Numbered from the whole stretch's first letter, positions 23,872-35,940 are shown. The stretch: DNA of 63,701 nucleotides, filler included, from Salisapilia sapeloensis CBS 127946 (GCA_023334545.1; 16 parts of 16 records of this genome joined end to end with filler, not necessarily neighbours in it), one strand, 5' to 3'. Notes: generated by a model from the letters alone, not told the origin. Translations and numbers: made by a program.

Positions 23872-24005
23872 GCAACGGGGTGAGCTCCGGCGGGTGCTCC
23901 GTGATGACCATGTGCAGTGGTAGAGTGGTCATGCTTGGAAGTCGCAGCGTTCTTCACTTCGTGGACCTTGGCGTGCATCTTTTCTCCCATAGTTGGTTTC
24001 GGCAT
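23872..24005 (-). CDS. 5' part of a small hydrophilic His-rich protein (truncated)
   Basis: ACCATG start, MPKPTMGEKMHAKVHEVKNAATSKHDHSTTAHGHHG...; directly downstream of a consensus core promoter. Confidence 0.6.
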
Positions 24006-24051
24006 GGTTAAATTAGTAGTAGTCGATATTGTTGTTGTTGTTGTTCGCTTG

Positions 24052-24068
24052 GCAAATTGCAGAATGAG
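24052..24068 (-). promoter_or_regulatory. Oomycete INR-FPR core promoter
   Basis: Minus strand CTCATTCTGCAATTTGC matches INR (YCAYTYY) plus FPR (MWTTTNC), about 47 bp upstream of ATG 24005. Confidence 0.75.
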
Positions 24069-25094
24069 TCATTCGGGTCGTTCCCATTCGTGCCCCTGGA
24101 ATCCTCATTTATCTTGCAAAATAAATATCACGCAGGGACACGTCTCCATCTTCATCCAAATGTCTACCTCCATTCCATAGTGGGCACCGTCCTCCTGCCT
24201 TCGAAATCAGGCTTTCATGACCACATGCTGGTGATAAAAGAGGAGACAACGCTGTAGATCGATGATGTAGCCACTTGAAAAAATTTGCACGAACTGAATG
24301 CCGATATAATTTTGAAATTAAAGTGTCGCGGACGGTAGCGCGGGATAGTTCAAGGCAAATTTACCACTTCTATCGTCCACATCTATTCGAGTATGCATGT
24401 GGATCTCTAATATTTTACAAAAAGGATTCTATATCATTAAAACCACCTGGTCGCATTTGCATTTGTATGTAGGATGCGCCAATCGGAACAGCGTGGTAGG
24501 AGATAAGCCACGAGAAATAGTGTGACTTTAAATGCGAGGTTACCGTTGCGAAAAAACACAATACATGCATGCTCGATACGTCCTTTCAGCTCCTGAAATA
24601 TCAGCACCGGCACTCACTAGCATCCCGTTGTACAATCCTCGCTGCCATTGCTCGACTGTCCAATAACACAAGTAAATGCTCCTCATGAGATAGACAACGT
24701 AAAGCTTGTCTTGTTTATAACTCATTCGACACTACATCACTTATAATTCTTCCTTTCGCCTTTGGCTCTCAATACTGATGCTCCATCAATCATTCTGGTT
24801 GACATCTTCCTCGCTTTAAAATCGGTACTAGTTGCTAATTATTGTCCCGTCGACGCGGCTCATCCATGTCTGAATCGGCCGTTGATGATGATTTAAAAAC
24901 TATTCGGACCCTCTCAAAGTGAAACTTAGGATTCATTGAATATATGTAGCCAATCAAGGAATGGTAAGCGTACCTAGTGGAATTGATGAACTAGCTCTGT
25001 AGAAGGCAAGTGGCAAAGCAGGGAAATGGAGTGGCAGCTGCTCTGGATTACCCAAACTGCGTGCTTTTTGAGAAAAAATAGGAAGTAGAGCTTT

Positions 25095-25896
25095 ATGCAT
25101 CGACAGAAAAGCTCAAAGTGTGCCTTACCACCGGATCCTCGTTCATTAACAGACATGAAGTCTCATTTGCTGCACTCAACCGTGGCGGCAACGTGCTTGA
25201 AACAAATCGAAACACTGCGTCGATTGAAGAACTCAAGCCTAAAGGAACGCCAATTATTGCCTTGAACTTAATGTCACAGGAGTCGATTATCCAATCAGTA
25301 GCAGCAGGGGCTATATAGGTCCACGGTCATATCGACATCCTCCTGAACAATGCTAAGTACTGTTTGAGCGATGCCGCAGAGAAAATTTTGAAGTTGTGCG
25401 ACACGAATGTCCTGGGTCCGTCGAAGGTTGTTAATGCCTTCCTTCGTTGCCTTCGAGAGCAAAAATTTGGTGTAATTGCGAGCATCAGGTTGATGGGGAC
25501 TCGCTACTCGTCGATGTATACTGGCATTTACTGTAGCACGAAGGCTAAGATTGCTTCTATCTCTGGTGCTCTCAAGCAAGAAGCCAAACCGTGTGGAATG
25601 GAAGAAACATGTCTCGAACTAGATATATTCCGAACGGCGATTCCATCGCCAAGTCCGTTCGAGCTTTGAAGCCGATGAAGGAGTGCGAAGATGTCATGCT
25701 AACTGTCCGTCAAGTGTATAATAAAGCAGATAACACAGCCCCTGCTGGTTCAAGTATGGCGAAGAAACTTGCTGCCGAGCTATTAACGAATTGTGGTCGA
25801 TGTGAAAGCAAGAGCATTCCGTTAAAGCTAACACTTCGCAGCTTTGCCGTCTACTACGTCAATATTGTCGCAGAAATTCCCAAGGAGATGGATTAA
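25095..25896 (+). pseudogene. Short-chain dehydrogenase/reductase (SDR) pseudogene
   Basis: One frame reads KVCLTTGSS...GHIDILLNNA...YCSTK...LKQEAKPCG...FRTAI (degenerate TGxxxGxG, NNAG, YxxxK); in-frame TAG at 25316-25318, frameshifts near the start codon and near 25620. Confidence 0.8.
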
Positions 25897-26046
25897 TGGC
25901 GGGATATCAGGTTTTATATGAACTGGGGCGGGAATGAGGAGACGCGGTACAATTACGAAGGCTCACTGCCATTATCTTCGACTATAAATGCAATGTCATC
26001 AACACGCAAAAAATCAAATTCATTCGTCGCTTCTTTTCCTACTGCC

Positions 26047-27750
26047 TTAACCGATTGGGCGAAGGTAAATGCGCCACCATGCAATGGCCAGCAGAGTCGG
26101 TTCGTCGACACGCCACATCTCCGGCTTGTCGGAGATGTATAGAATGCCTTCTCTTACCTCCAGTCTATGCACCATCACTCGATGATTCCAGAGTTTGTAT
26201 AAGAACCGAAAAGGTTTTAAAGATGTGATGATAAACCAGTCATCCCACGTGATAAGAAACTTATCACCAAATATAACATAATTCATCCGACTGACTTCAC
26301 GCGCGTCCAACAAGTACTTCTTTTCATTGTCTTTTGCTGTAGAGGTAACTTCATAGTACATTGTTGTGCGTCCTAACCCACCCATATTAGAAGCTCGAAG
26401 ACTAAGATTAAATTCAGCTTTTGTCGGTGGAGATGCAGCTCCCTGTGGTTTTCTTGCGTTAGCCTTTTCACTGAATAGGAGCGAGAGTAAAAATGTACTC
26501 GCTATAGCTGCGATTTTTATCACTACGAAGGCAGCTACGTTTCCACCGATACGCAGTGCGTTATTATAGCGGCACAAATCGAAAAATGAAAATGACTCTA
26601 GCTCGTCCGGCGATACGATGGTGTCAAGACGATTCTCAAAACCGAATAGGTCAGTTTCACCAAGTTCACTGCGAAAGAAATGAAAAGCAGAATAAAACAA
26701 GATAGCCGGCCCAAATAATCCATCCGAAATTCTACGACCTGTGACTTTCCCAATCCAATTTAGTACACTGAATTGAAGCATCACAAAATCAGCGATCGCT
26801 GGATACATGACGAACCAAGCGTCTGATAGAGCGGATTGACTACTGCGCGTGTGGAAGCAGCCAACTGTCCAGAAGCAAGTAAGAAGAACAGGCAGCCTTG
26901 GAATCATTGCGAGAGGAAGAATATTAAAGCTGGGCGAATAAGCTAGATTTCCGATGGTTGGATTAGCCCATCGATTGTATCCTTTCTTGTAACCGCTGTA
27001 TAGTGCCAGAATTGCTGATGCCCAGCGCCAAATAACTATCAATACCGAAGTGTTGGATATGAGAGTGACTATACTGTATTTGCTTTCAACGATTTTCGTT
27101 ACTCTTCCTGACGAGCGATAAATACCCATTCGATATCCGTTAGCGATAAGAGCACCGTCAAAATGGGTAATATAGTAGGTCACTTTACTTTTAAAACCCC
27201 ACGTATTCACAGCACGTCGGTGTTCCCATTGACCATATCCTTCAAACGTTTCTTTTTCGACATTAAGTGCCGTATCAAACCATCTTCTGAGTGTACCCAA
27301 AGGAGTTGCAGGATCTGTGCTGATCAAGTCGACGTACCATTTCATCCCATTCGGATCTTCGAACCATCCATTTCTCCACCTTCCATGATCAAAGCCTAAT
27401 AGCTCTTGGGCTTTAGATTCTTTTACAGTTTGATTTATTCCCAACATGATAGAGAATTCTTCGGTTGGGATCATATATTTTCCTGATAAGCGAAAGACGC
27501 AGACGTGTCCATCATCTCCTGGAATCATGTATCTTGCATCAGGACTGTTGTCAGATAATGGTGATATTAGGACTGGAAGAGCATTGGGAATGTGAGTTGT
27601 GGTATTGCTTTCAATGCCATCCAGAATCCTCAGTCCATCCAAACTTAGCTTCTTATAGCCCAAGGACTTGCAACTATCAATAATACCATTTAAAGTTGCA
27701 CTAATAACAGCACAGGTACTACTTAGAGCAGTCTTCGCTTCCTTTGTTTG
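26047..27750 (-). CDS. Oomycete-type multi-pass transmembrane protein (5' truncated)
   Basis: The frame of the 538-aa ORF stays open upstream to the contig edge (QTKEAKTALSSTCAV...); several hydrophobic helices in the C-terminal half, RRISDGLFGP motif. Confidence 0.75.
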   Translation of the reverse strand, partial: QTKEAKTALSSTCAVISATLNGIIDSCKSLGYKKLSLDGLRILDGIESNTTTHIPNALPVLISPLSDNSPDARYMIPGDDGHVCVFRLSGKYMIPTEEFSIMLGINQTVKESKAQELLGFDHGRWRNGWFEDPNGMKWYVDLISTDPATPLGTLRRWFDTALNVEKETFEGYGQWEHRRAVNTWGFKSKVTYYITHFDGALIANGYRMGIYRSSGRVTKIVESKYSIVTLISNTSVLIVIWRWASAILALYSGYKKGYNRWANPTIGNLAYSPSFNILPLAMIPRLPVLLTCFWTVGCFHTRSSQSALSDAWFVMYPAIADFVMLQFSVLNWIGKVTGRRISDGLFGPAILFYSAFHFFRSELGETDLFGFENRLDTIVSPDELESFSFFDLCRYNNALRIGGNVAAFVVIKIAAIASTFLLSLLFSEKANARKPQGAASPPTKAEFNLSLRASNMGGLGRTTMYYEVTSTAKDNEKKYLLDAREVSRMNYVIFGDKFLITWDDWFIITSLKPFRFLYKLWNHRVMVHRLEVREGILYISDKPEMWRVDEPTLLAIAWWRIYLRPIG

Positions 27751-27927
27751 ANNNNNNNNNNNNNNNNNNNNNNNNNNNNNNNNNNNNNNNNNNNNTTAAT
27801 TAATTAANNNNNNNNNNNNNNNNNNNNNNNNNNNNNNNNNNNNNNNNNNNNAATGATACATGGATGCAGACGGCTACGCATATCTGCAGTACGTGTGCTG
27901 CATAGCTTTCCGCCTACATGGGTCTTT

Positions 27928-30185
27928 TTAAATTTTTGGTAGTCCACGCCGCATGGCTCGAATTTCAGCGGTCCCGTGCTTTTCCTTTAAACCACTTCTG
28001 AGTAGCTCGAGGATGTTAAGAGCCACGTCAACGTCTCGGTTCCAGAAGTTAGCCGTGCGCTTACTATTCGCACAGTGTAGAACGTTTCTGGTACATTTTA
28101 GCTTAATCGTTTTACCCGGCAGGCGTGCGTTTTCAAAATTTGTGCATCTCACCAATTTCCTCAACTCCTTTTCTTATGGACGTGTTTTGGTCCTGATGTC
28201 CACGTCGTCCTCATTCGCCTGTTTTTTGTAAAAAGGCGAGCTTGACGGAGACGCTGGTGACAAGACGAGCACTTCTTACTCGTTCGCTATTCATCGATGG
28301 GGATTACAGTAGCTCTTTTCTTCAAGGTTTTTAATATGCTTTTCACTGGACCTTTGGAATATCCTTTGGTGCTATCGCATGTACCCCAATCATCGAATCC
28401 TACACACACTTGTGTGCTCGGAACTGGCACGATGCGTTTTGCAATGGTGTCAAGAGCCTTTCATGCTCGCTCTCCTGCGCGTGAATCGCCACCTCCGAAG
28501 GCCTTCTTCTTCTGTGAACGTCAACATGAAGCTAGGATATTTCCAAAAGAATGGGAGGCGGCTGACGTAGTCTTCGTAGCTGGATACCTTGTATGAAGAT
28601 ATAGCGCTAAGGATTGTGCGATACCACGGCTCACGAGACTTTAAGTCTTCATGCCATTTTGTATAGTCATGGAACCTGGCTAGATGGCGATATTCTTGCG
28701 CGTCAACCGATATAACTTTCTTGAAGCCTTGCTTTTGAGTGTCCTCCAACGTATCGCTCTCAGCATCTTTATACGGAGATTTTTCCGACGCCGTCCTGAC
28801 CGACAGCTTCGCTTCAGATGACGGCCTTTTCGACGCCGTAGGTGCAGATGACCCACCGTTGCGGCGGTTACAGGTGTCCGCATCCCCGGGTCTATCCCGA
28901 TAAGCACGTCTGGTTCATATTCGGGACCTAGCTTAGAGAGTGCGTCTCTAAAGTAATTCAGAGGGTTTTGTTTTGATGCATGGACGCTTTTGGACACTGT
29001 CTTTCCATCGTGCTGTTTAAGTTTCTTGTTTTGGGCATCTAGCGTGACGTCAGTAGTCGCTTCTTGTAGATAATGCATCAAAATTGACACCGAATATCCG
29101 TTCGTAGTCATGTGGTTACCAAATGTCCGATGCTTAGTTTCGAAGGGTGCCACATTGAAGACTTTCCTTAGGAGTTTTTTCCGTGCACAGCAAAAGTTGT
29201 TTTACTAAAAGGTAGCTGCGAATCTGATTTAAGACGCCGATCCAACTCAATATCTAGCTTACTGCGCAGGTACTTCTTGACGCTATTGCTTTGGTTGAGC
29301 TGGGCAAAGATGTTGTATAAACTGTGAGGAGATACGGAAATGAAGAGTGGCTGATACGATGTAGAGACTGGTAATAAAGAGTAGAGTTTTTATCCCTTCG
29401 TACGCGGGTGTTTGGCCACAAACATCTTCATCCGTCTTAGCATATCATGTAACTCACGGATAAAATGTCCTGTGTTGCGTCAAATCGTATGTGGCCATGG
29501 CACCATAGCAAGCCAATGACGCAGTTCTAGCTTTAAGGAATTGTTTGTAAGATCCCACTCGGTCCAAAGTGTCCTGGTGTCTTGGGTAGGTTGACCATCA
29601 TTGTCTAGAATTGGAACCTTTTGAATCCGATAGCAGCTTTCAACAAGGCGTGTTTCTTCCTTTCTGTTCAATTATATCACATTATTCGTAGCATACCGAA
29701 AGCGGATATACTGCCGAAGCCGGCGCCGGAAGTGTAAAGCAAGCATGTTGCTAGCGCTTGCCTTCATCTGAAAGGCTGCATAGTTAATGATCGAACTTCT
29801 GTTTACAACTGCCACCGGCGTGTGGGCTGTATTTGAGTGCGTAGGTCTTTGTAGAGTTGGCAAGTCAGACCGAAGCCCGGGTATTTGGTAACGAGCGTTT
29901 TTTGTTTACCGTGCTTTGGGTTTGTAAGCACAGCGACCTCACAGCGATAAAGAAAGTTTTGGTCTAGTTGAGGTAAAGCTTCCCTGTCCTTGATGCATTG
30001 GCGAACATAAAAGTTTGCTAGATGTGAAGCTTTCATAACGACTTGACGCATAACGACAGAAACCCGTCGTATCTCATTGCACTCTTCCTGGTGGACTCAA
30101 CCGGGAAAATTTACAGGTGACGGTGGAAGTAGTCTTAGGGTCTGAGGATCTTATGCGTTTGGGTCGGCAAGTTACATTTCATCAT
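27928..30185 (-). mobile_element. Fanzor (Fanzor1-like; eukaryotic TnpB homolog) gene, pseudogenised
   Basis: Joining minus-strand frames gives in order ASHLANFYVRQC...LPQLDQNFLYRC, LHFRRRLRQYIRF, KLYSLLP, FGNHMTTNGYSVSI, RuvC-I LIGIDPG (D 28890-28892), LRRWRF, VCVGFDDW...GPVK, RuvC-II VIPIDE*RTSKKCSSC (E 28290-28292) and RuvC-III CANSK...FWNRDVDVALNI (D 28033-28035); at least five in-frame stops and about five frameshifts. The 5' boundary is approximate. Confidence 0.9.
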
Positions 30186-31953
30186 CGACTTGAGGTTGAA
30201 TCAAAACGAAACGATAATATAGGCATGATCTCAGGAAGTACGGTAGGGGATTTACGCTACAACAAACAAGCCGCTTCTACATTTTCTTTTGTTGACTTTC
30301 ATGATCAAAGTTTTAAAATTAGGATTACCTCATAATGCATCTCTTATTTCCTTTGCGCTAGAAATCTTCTTGAAGATGAGCTTGCGAAGCTAATTCGGAG
30401 GTGATGGCCTCCATCATAACGCTATTCCAATTTTCTCTCAACAAAGCGGTATTGAATGGACTGAGGCAGTCTAAAATTTACATTTAGAGGTCTGGCGATT
30501 GAATGAATTGCCGTATGAAAGTTTGAGTAGAACCATAGATATTCTCTCCAGTCGGCTATCTATGATCGCTCATATGCAAGATTGTAGGCTGTTTACCAGT
30601 GCTACGCATGTTCAAAGGAGTTCTCTTCTTCTTGCTAGCTATTACAGAAAAGTACTTTTTAAAGATACATGACCGGCACCAACCACGCACCCTTGTATTG
30701 CTGGACAAAGCTCCGCCATCAGGGACAAAAGTGGGTAAGTCAATGGCATATCGGCGGGAAAATGACAGTCAGTGGGGAATTCATTTTGAAGACTTAAAGT
30801 GGTGATGAAGATTTGTGGTGGATGTATGCACGGCCTAGGGGTAGTCATTCATGCCTACAACTTACGTATGTAAATTTATGGGAGGTATGACATTTGTGCG
30901 GAATCAAGGTGATCCACCACTCCAATATTATCGCTGTCATCTTGAGAGTTGCCTAACCCATAGAAATAGAGGAGAACAAAGCACAATTGCGTCAGGACAC
31001 GATTGCAGGATAGCAAAAACACTTCAAGTAATTTTAATAAAATCAGGCGTGGTAACCCATACTCTTACTTCCATAGCGTTCGGAGCGAAGCCACACATCT
31101 TAGATGTCAGATACGCAGGACTGCGCATCGATCTAAGAGCTAGCCTTGATATGCTGCGACAAGATAGCTAGTCTATTGTCGGGCTTTGTCGGAGCGTACA
31201 TAATGTTTCCATCATTATGCTTTATTCCATCTTTACGTCTACGCGAAGAACTATGAGAGTAAGCGTAGCGGCTTCAAAGATCGCATCATTTCACTTGAAC
31301 TTCAGATTAAATTTTTAGTGTGTCTGATAATTTCATATGATAGAGCAGCATTTGATTGCTAAAGATACTCTCAAGACTCTTCTGCATGCAAAGATATACC
31401 GGCTCATATGGCTTGCGTTGCCAAGTCGGAGTGTCACCCACTATCTTTTTGCTCTAGAAGCAGACTTGGTAGCTGAATGATCTCATAGAGATCCATGTTG
31501 GATCGCAGCACGAGATCTACATTACATAGGTCGATATCTGATGCATAAAGCGCACATTTGTCAGTAGAACGGAGCGTCTTGCAGTTTAGCCAAGATTCTC
31601 TTGACGTCATAGCACTAGATGACCCTCGCCATAAAGTTTACGGCCCGCACGAGCCAGGAAATACACCAACGCTATGACATAATTAAAGCAAACATATCCA
31701 CAAACTACCTCCACTTGCTCTCTAACACCCATCGACACGTCTGCGGGATTCCCTCGTCTCTATCCAACTCGATGCCATTGGAGGATTTCGTGTCTATCTC
31801 GACTTCCACCTTTATCACCTCTGCGTCATTGGGTGAAAATCGGCATTTCAATCCAGATGATCATAACCGACACAGTAACTTGAAGCGCATCCTCCTGTCC
31901 TTGTTGAGCTCACAACTCAATCTCCGTTGGAACTTCGAAGACTAGAAGAGACC

Positions 31954-32580
31954 ATGTCAGACACACGTACCGTGAATGCCTACGCAGCTTTTGAGCCCAA
32001 GGGCGAGTGCAAGCCGTGGCAGTATGAGGCAGCACCAGTCGGACCGCTTGACATTGAGATCAAGATCTCCCACTGCGGTATCTGCGGCTCGGACATTCAC
32101 ACCATGGACAGTGGATGGGGACCCACCCATTACCCGTGCGTCGTCGGTCACGAGATCGTAGGCACTGTGGAGAAAGCCGGTGACCAAGTGAAAGACATGA
32201 AAGTGGGTGACCGTGTCGGTGTCGGCGCTCAAGTCTGGGCCTGCCTTAACCGGGACGCTGACAAGCCATGCGTCGAATGCAAAACCAACCAAGATCAATA
32301 TTGTCTTCGAGGTGTGGATACGTACAACGACAAATATGAAAGTGGAGTGCGCAGCTACGGCGGCTACGCTGACTACGTCGTTGTCGAGCACACGCATGCT
32401 TTCAAGATCCCGGACGCCATTCCATCTGACACTGCCGCACCATTGCTCTGCGCTGGCGCCACTGTCTTCACTCCTCTCCGCCGATTGGGTGTCAAGGCTG
32501 GTGACCGTGTGGGTGTCGTTGGCATCGGCGGCCTTGGACACTTGGCCATCCAGTTCATCAACGCCTTGGAAGCGACTCCT
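31954..32580 (+). CDS. Zn-dependent alcohol dehydrogenase (CAD/ADH6-like MDR family), 3' truncated
   Basis: ATG 31954; CGICGSD, GHEIVG, four structural-Zn Cys (WAC...PCVEC...QYC), APLLCAGATVF and GIGGLG dinucleotide-binding motif. Confidence 0.93.
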
Positions 32581-32680
32581 NNNNNNNNNNNNNNNNNNNN
32601 NNNNNNNNNNNNNNNNNNNNNNNNTTAATTAATTAANNNNNNNNNNNNNNNNNNNNNNNNNNNNNNNNNNNNNNNNNNNN

Positions 32681-35594
32681 AAAAGCAGCTCTTTGACACC
32701 AAATGAAAATGCCACTAGGTTTAGAGTCTGCTAGAGTGGCGTAGCGGCATATGCTACTGCCAGGGACGCTACCTTCATTCTACCACTCAGATGATAAGCT
32801 TGTTCACCGGGAAACACAAAACACGTCGGCTATGGATGCTATGTCGTGCTTCCGTTTTGCTATTCGAATTGAGGTTTGATCGTAACCTAGTGTAGTTCTG
32901 TTGTTGATTCAAGAGGTTGCTTAGAAAGTAGCGGTTGGATCGTGACATGATGTATATATTATAATTGAAAGTTGCCTTCGTAAATAGAACTGAAAGTATC
33001 TCGATTATCTGGTTGAATAGCGCCGAGTTAAGAGGTTTCAGTAGTATCCGATTCACAGGGATTAGCACATAAGACAAATCTGCAGAGATAATAAGTCTAT
33101 TCCTAAAGTACGAATTCTTTGACAGCAGAAGTCACCGGCAATAGTAGCTAGCAGCGAATAAACAAAACATCATGTAAGACTGAATGAAAAAGTAGCCATG
33201 AAGTACATAAATGAACTCGCCATGTTTGAAAGATCTTATTAGCAAAGCCTACACGCAATGAGTGCATGTGTTAATCTGTAGCCTCACCAATGTTCTAGCA
33301 CCATTTTCATCTTATTCTTCGACCCCATAGTGGTCTAGTCATTCTGTTGAAGTCGCTGTTCAGTCATCTTCAACCATGCCGGCTGCCGACCGCGCTCTTG
33401 ACCGTCTAGATCAAGTTCCGAAATGCTGCCCCTACACACATTTTCAATCAGAATTTCCACTTCCTCTTTGTCATGTGCTGAATCTCTTTCAGTAGATTCT
33501 TGAATTGAGGACCTTCTTTTAAACTCTAATATCTGGAGATTATCACCGGACGATGTCAACTGGGCAAAAGCGCTCAGGGAAGCTTCCTTTGAAGCGCTAT
33601 GCTCATCGAGGTCGAACTTGTACACTTCACCAGAGCACGATTCGTCGCCTGACAATATACTGGGATCTTCTGTCAGATGAGAAATCCTTAAGGGCTCAAC
33701 GATGGTAGATCCACTGCCACCTCCTTCATATCATCCAGCTTTAAAATCTTGGCAGACAACTTTGCATAATTTGACTCGATCAACAATGTGATGGCAATTA
33801 GGGCAAAGGTGAACCTTTTTAGCCGTCAGCTTTACATTGGGAACAACCTCGAGTAGCCCCATTGGAAGGATGCATTTCCCACAAATGGGCAGATTACACA
33901 AAGTAGAGGGTTAAGCTTTTCATAAAGCACCATATTGCTCTTTGCAAGATCTACATTCCGACCCGCCTTCAACGATACTCATGCCAATGAAGCGCATGAC
34001 ATACTCCTTGTTCTCATTTTTCTTTGAACAAGCCATGAAAGCTTCTTTTTCTTCGCACAGTGAGCGGAGGTCGAATCGTCAATACGTATACTGGACACGG
34101 CGACGACCGCAATGGAGTCGATAATGCTGTTTTCGAATACTTCATAGTATGCTTTGGTAAATACTTCAACCGATCGATCAGAAGTGGGCTTGAAAAGAGC
34201 ACAAGATGGAACACGGGGTCATATAATTCCTCTTCCTTCAAGTGGAGGAGTTAACGGCAAGTCGACTGAACATGCAAAATTATACCCAATGCGCTTATCT
34301 TTACCAATTTGAAGGATTCCAGTCGCTCGAACATAAACTACATCTCGGTCTTTTACTACCCCTCTGAGTTATAGACTTGGACTACCAGCATGCCATCGGA
34401 GAGTGGTGCAACGATATGGATGCTCCAAAGTCGGCTTTTTAATTTTCTGGGGAATCTATGCATGTGTCACTGGTTACCCGGTCTAGCTCGCACTTTGCAA
34501 CATTCCTGCCTCGTCGTCGTAAGCGAGACCATATAAGAGGTCATCAATGCTATTTGAAATTGTTCCATTACCGACGATAACACGAGGCATTTGCCAGCCA
34601 GCACTACCGGTGTATGAATCTTTCACCATGCGTCGAGACGGATCCCGCTCGCGGTACATGGTCACATTGTTGGATGACTTAATCGGTTTCCAACGTTGGC
34701 TGTCCATTTCCCGAGGTACGGAGCGATTAAACTTATGATAGTGTCGGAGCGCTTCATGGACGAGCGTCATCGCGATGCGCTTGCGATTATCATTCTTCGC
34801 TTCAGAGAGGGCAACATCTTTAGATGCGTCTGCTGTCCAAGTCGTCGTCATTGATTCGATGCTATTATCGGCGTGCTAATCTGCAAATGACATTGAGGCA
34901 GGATGCTAATCTTTTCGTAGAGACGATACTGGAAGACGTATTACTTGCGTATCTAAAACATTTTTCTATCGCATTTGGCTTACCTCGTAATTGGTATTAT
35001 AACGTACCTAGAACAGAAAAGCGAATGATGTAGATGGTCATTATCAGGTTTTTAATTGTCCGATAAGAAAACGAACCTGTAGCTTACTTTAGCAAGAACT
35101 GAGCATAAGATGTCGGTCAAATACAAAGAAGTTGGATAAAAAGTTGCGGAAGACGGATCAAAACAGAAACCAAGCGAAATCATCCCATTATGCTCACTTT
35201 ATGTCCTCCAATTCTTTAATTACCAGCGTCTTTGGAACTTCCGAGGGAAAAGCTTGAGTGTCACTTTCCTACAACTCCTAAGAACAAAACTCAAAGCTAT
35301 CAAATGTATTCAACGAATACTTTCTATAGTCGATTGTTCACTTTCGAATGTCGCGAATATCCAACAAAAGACCAATTTGCGAAGTATATCTCTGTATTTA
35401 TGCAGCACAAGCACAGCGCTAATTTTTAACGTACTATCCACGACACAACTCCCTTTTGTGTTTCCCGGTGAACAAGCTTATCATCTGAGTGGTAGAATGA
35501 AGGTAGCGTCCCTGGCAGTAGCATATGCCGCTACGCCACTCTAGCAGACTCTAAACCTAGTGGCATTTTCATTTGGTGTCAAAGAGCTGCTTTT
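32681..35594. repeat. Contig bounded by perfect 141-bp inverted repeats (32681-32821 / 35454-35594)
   Basis: AAAAGCAGCTCTTTGACACC...GAAACACAAAA matches the reverse complement of the contig end exactly for 141 bp. Confidence 0.95.
33335..34851 (-). pseudogene. START-FYVE family pseudogene, full length
   Basis: Colinear with 47199-48731 from MTTTWTADA to WLKMTEQRL but with several in-frame stops after residue 122 (e.g. QSAS*TG*PVTHA*, SL*LRG, II*PRV, AL*KA*). Confidence 0.88.
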
Positions 35595-35940
35595 NNNNNN
35601 NNNNNNNNNNNNNNNNNNNNNNNNNNNNNNNNNNNNNNTTAATTAATTAANNNNNNNNNNNNNNNNNNNNNNNNNNNNNNNNNNNNNNNNNNNNATGAGT
35701 AAATGGTCAGACATTTCCATCAAGTGAGACTCATGGCGACAATTCTGTCTGTATCGAGTATCCAAAGGCTTCCTGCTGCCACATGAACAACTCAAAGACT
35801 TGAACTACATCCTATTCCTCATGTACCACTGACTCGTCTATGTGTATAACTGAAGATCATCTATCAAGTTTTGCAGGTAGTTGCGACTAATCATAAGCAC
35901 ATTCACTCCCAAAAGACCATCACTCTTTCACACTTTCTAC

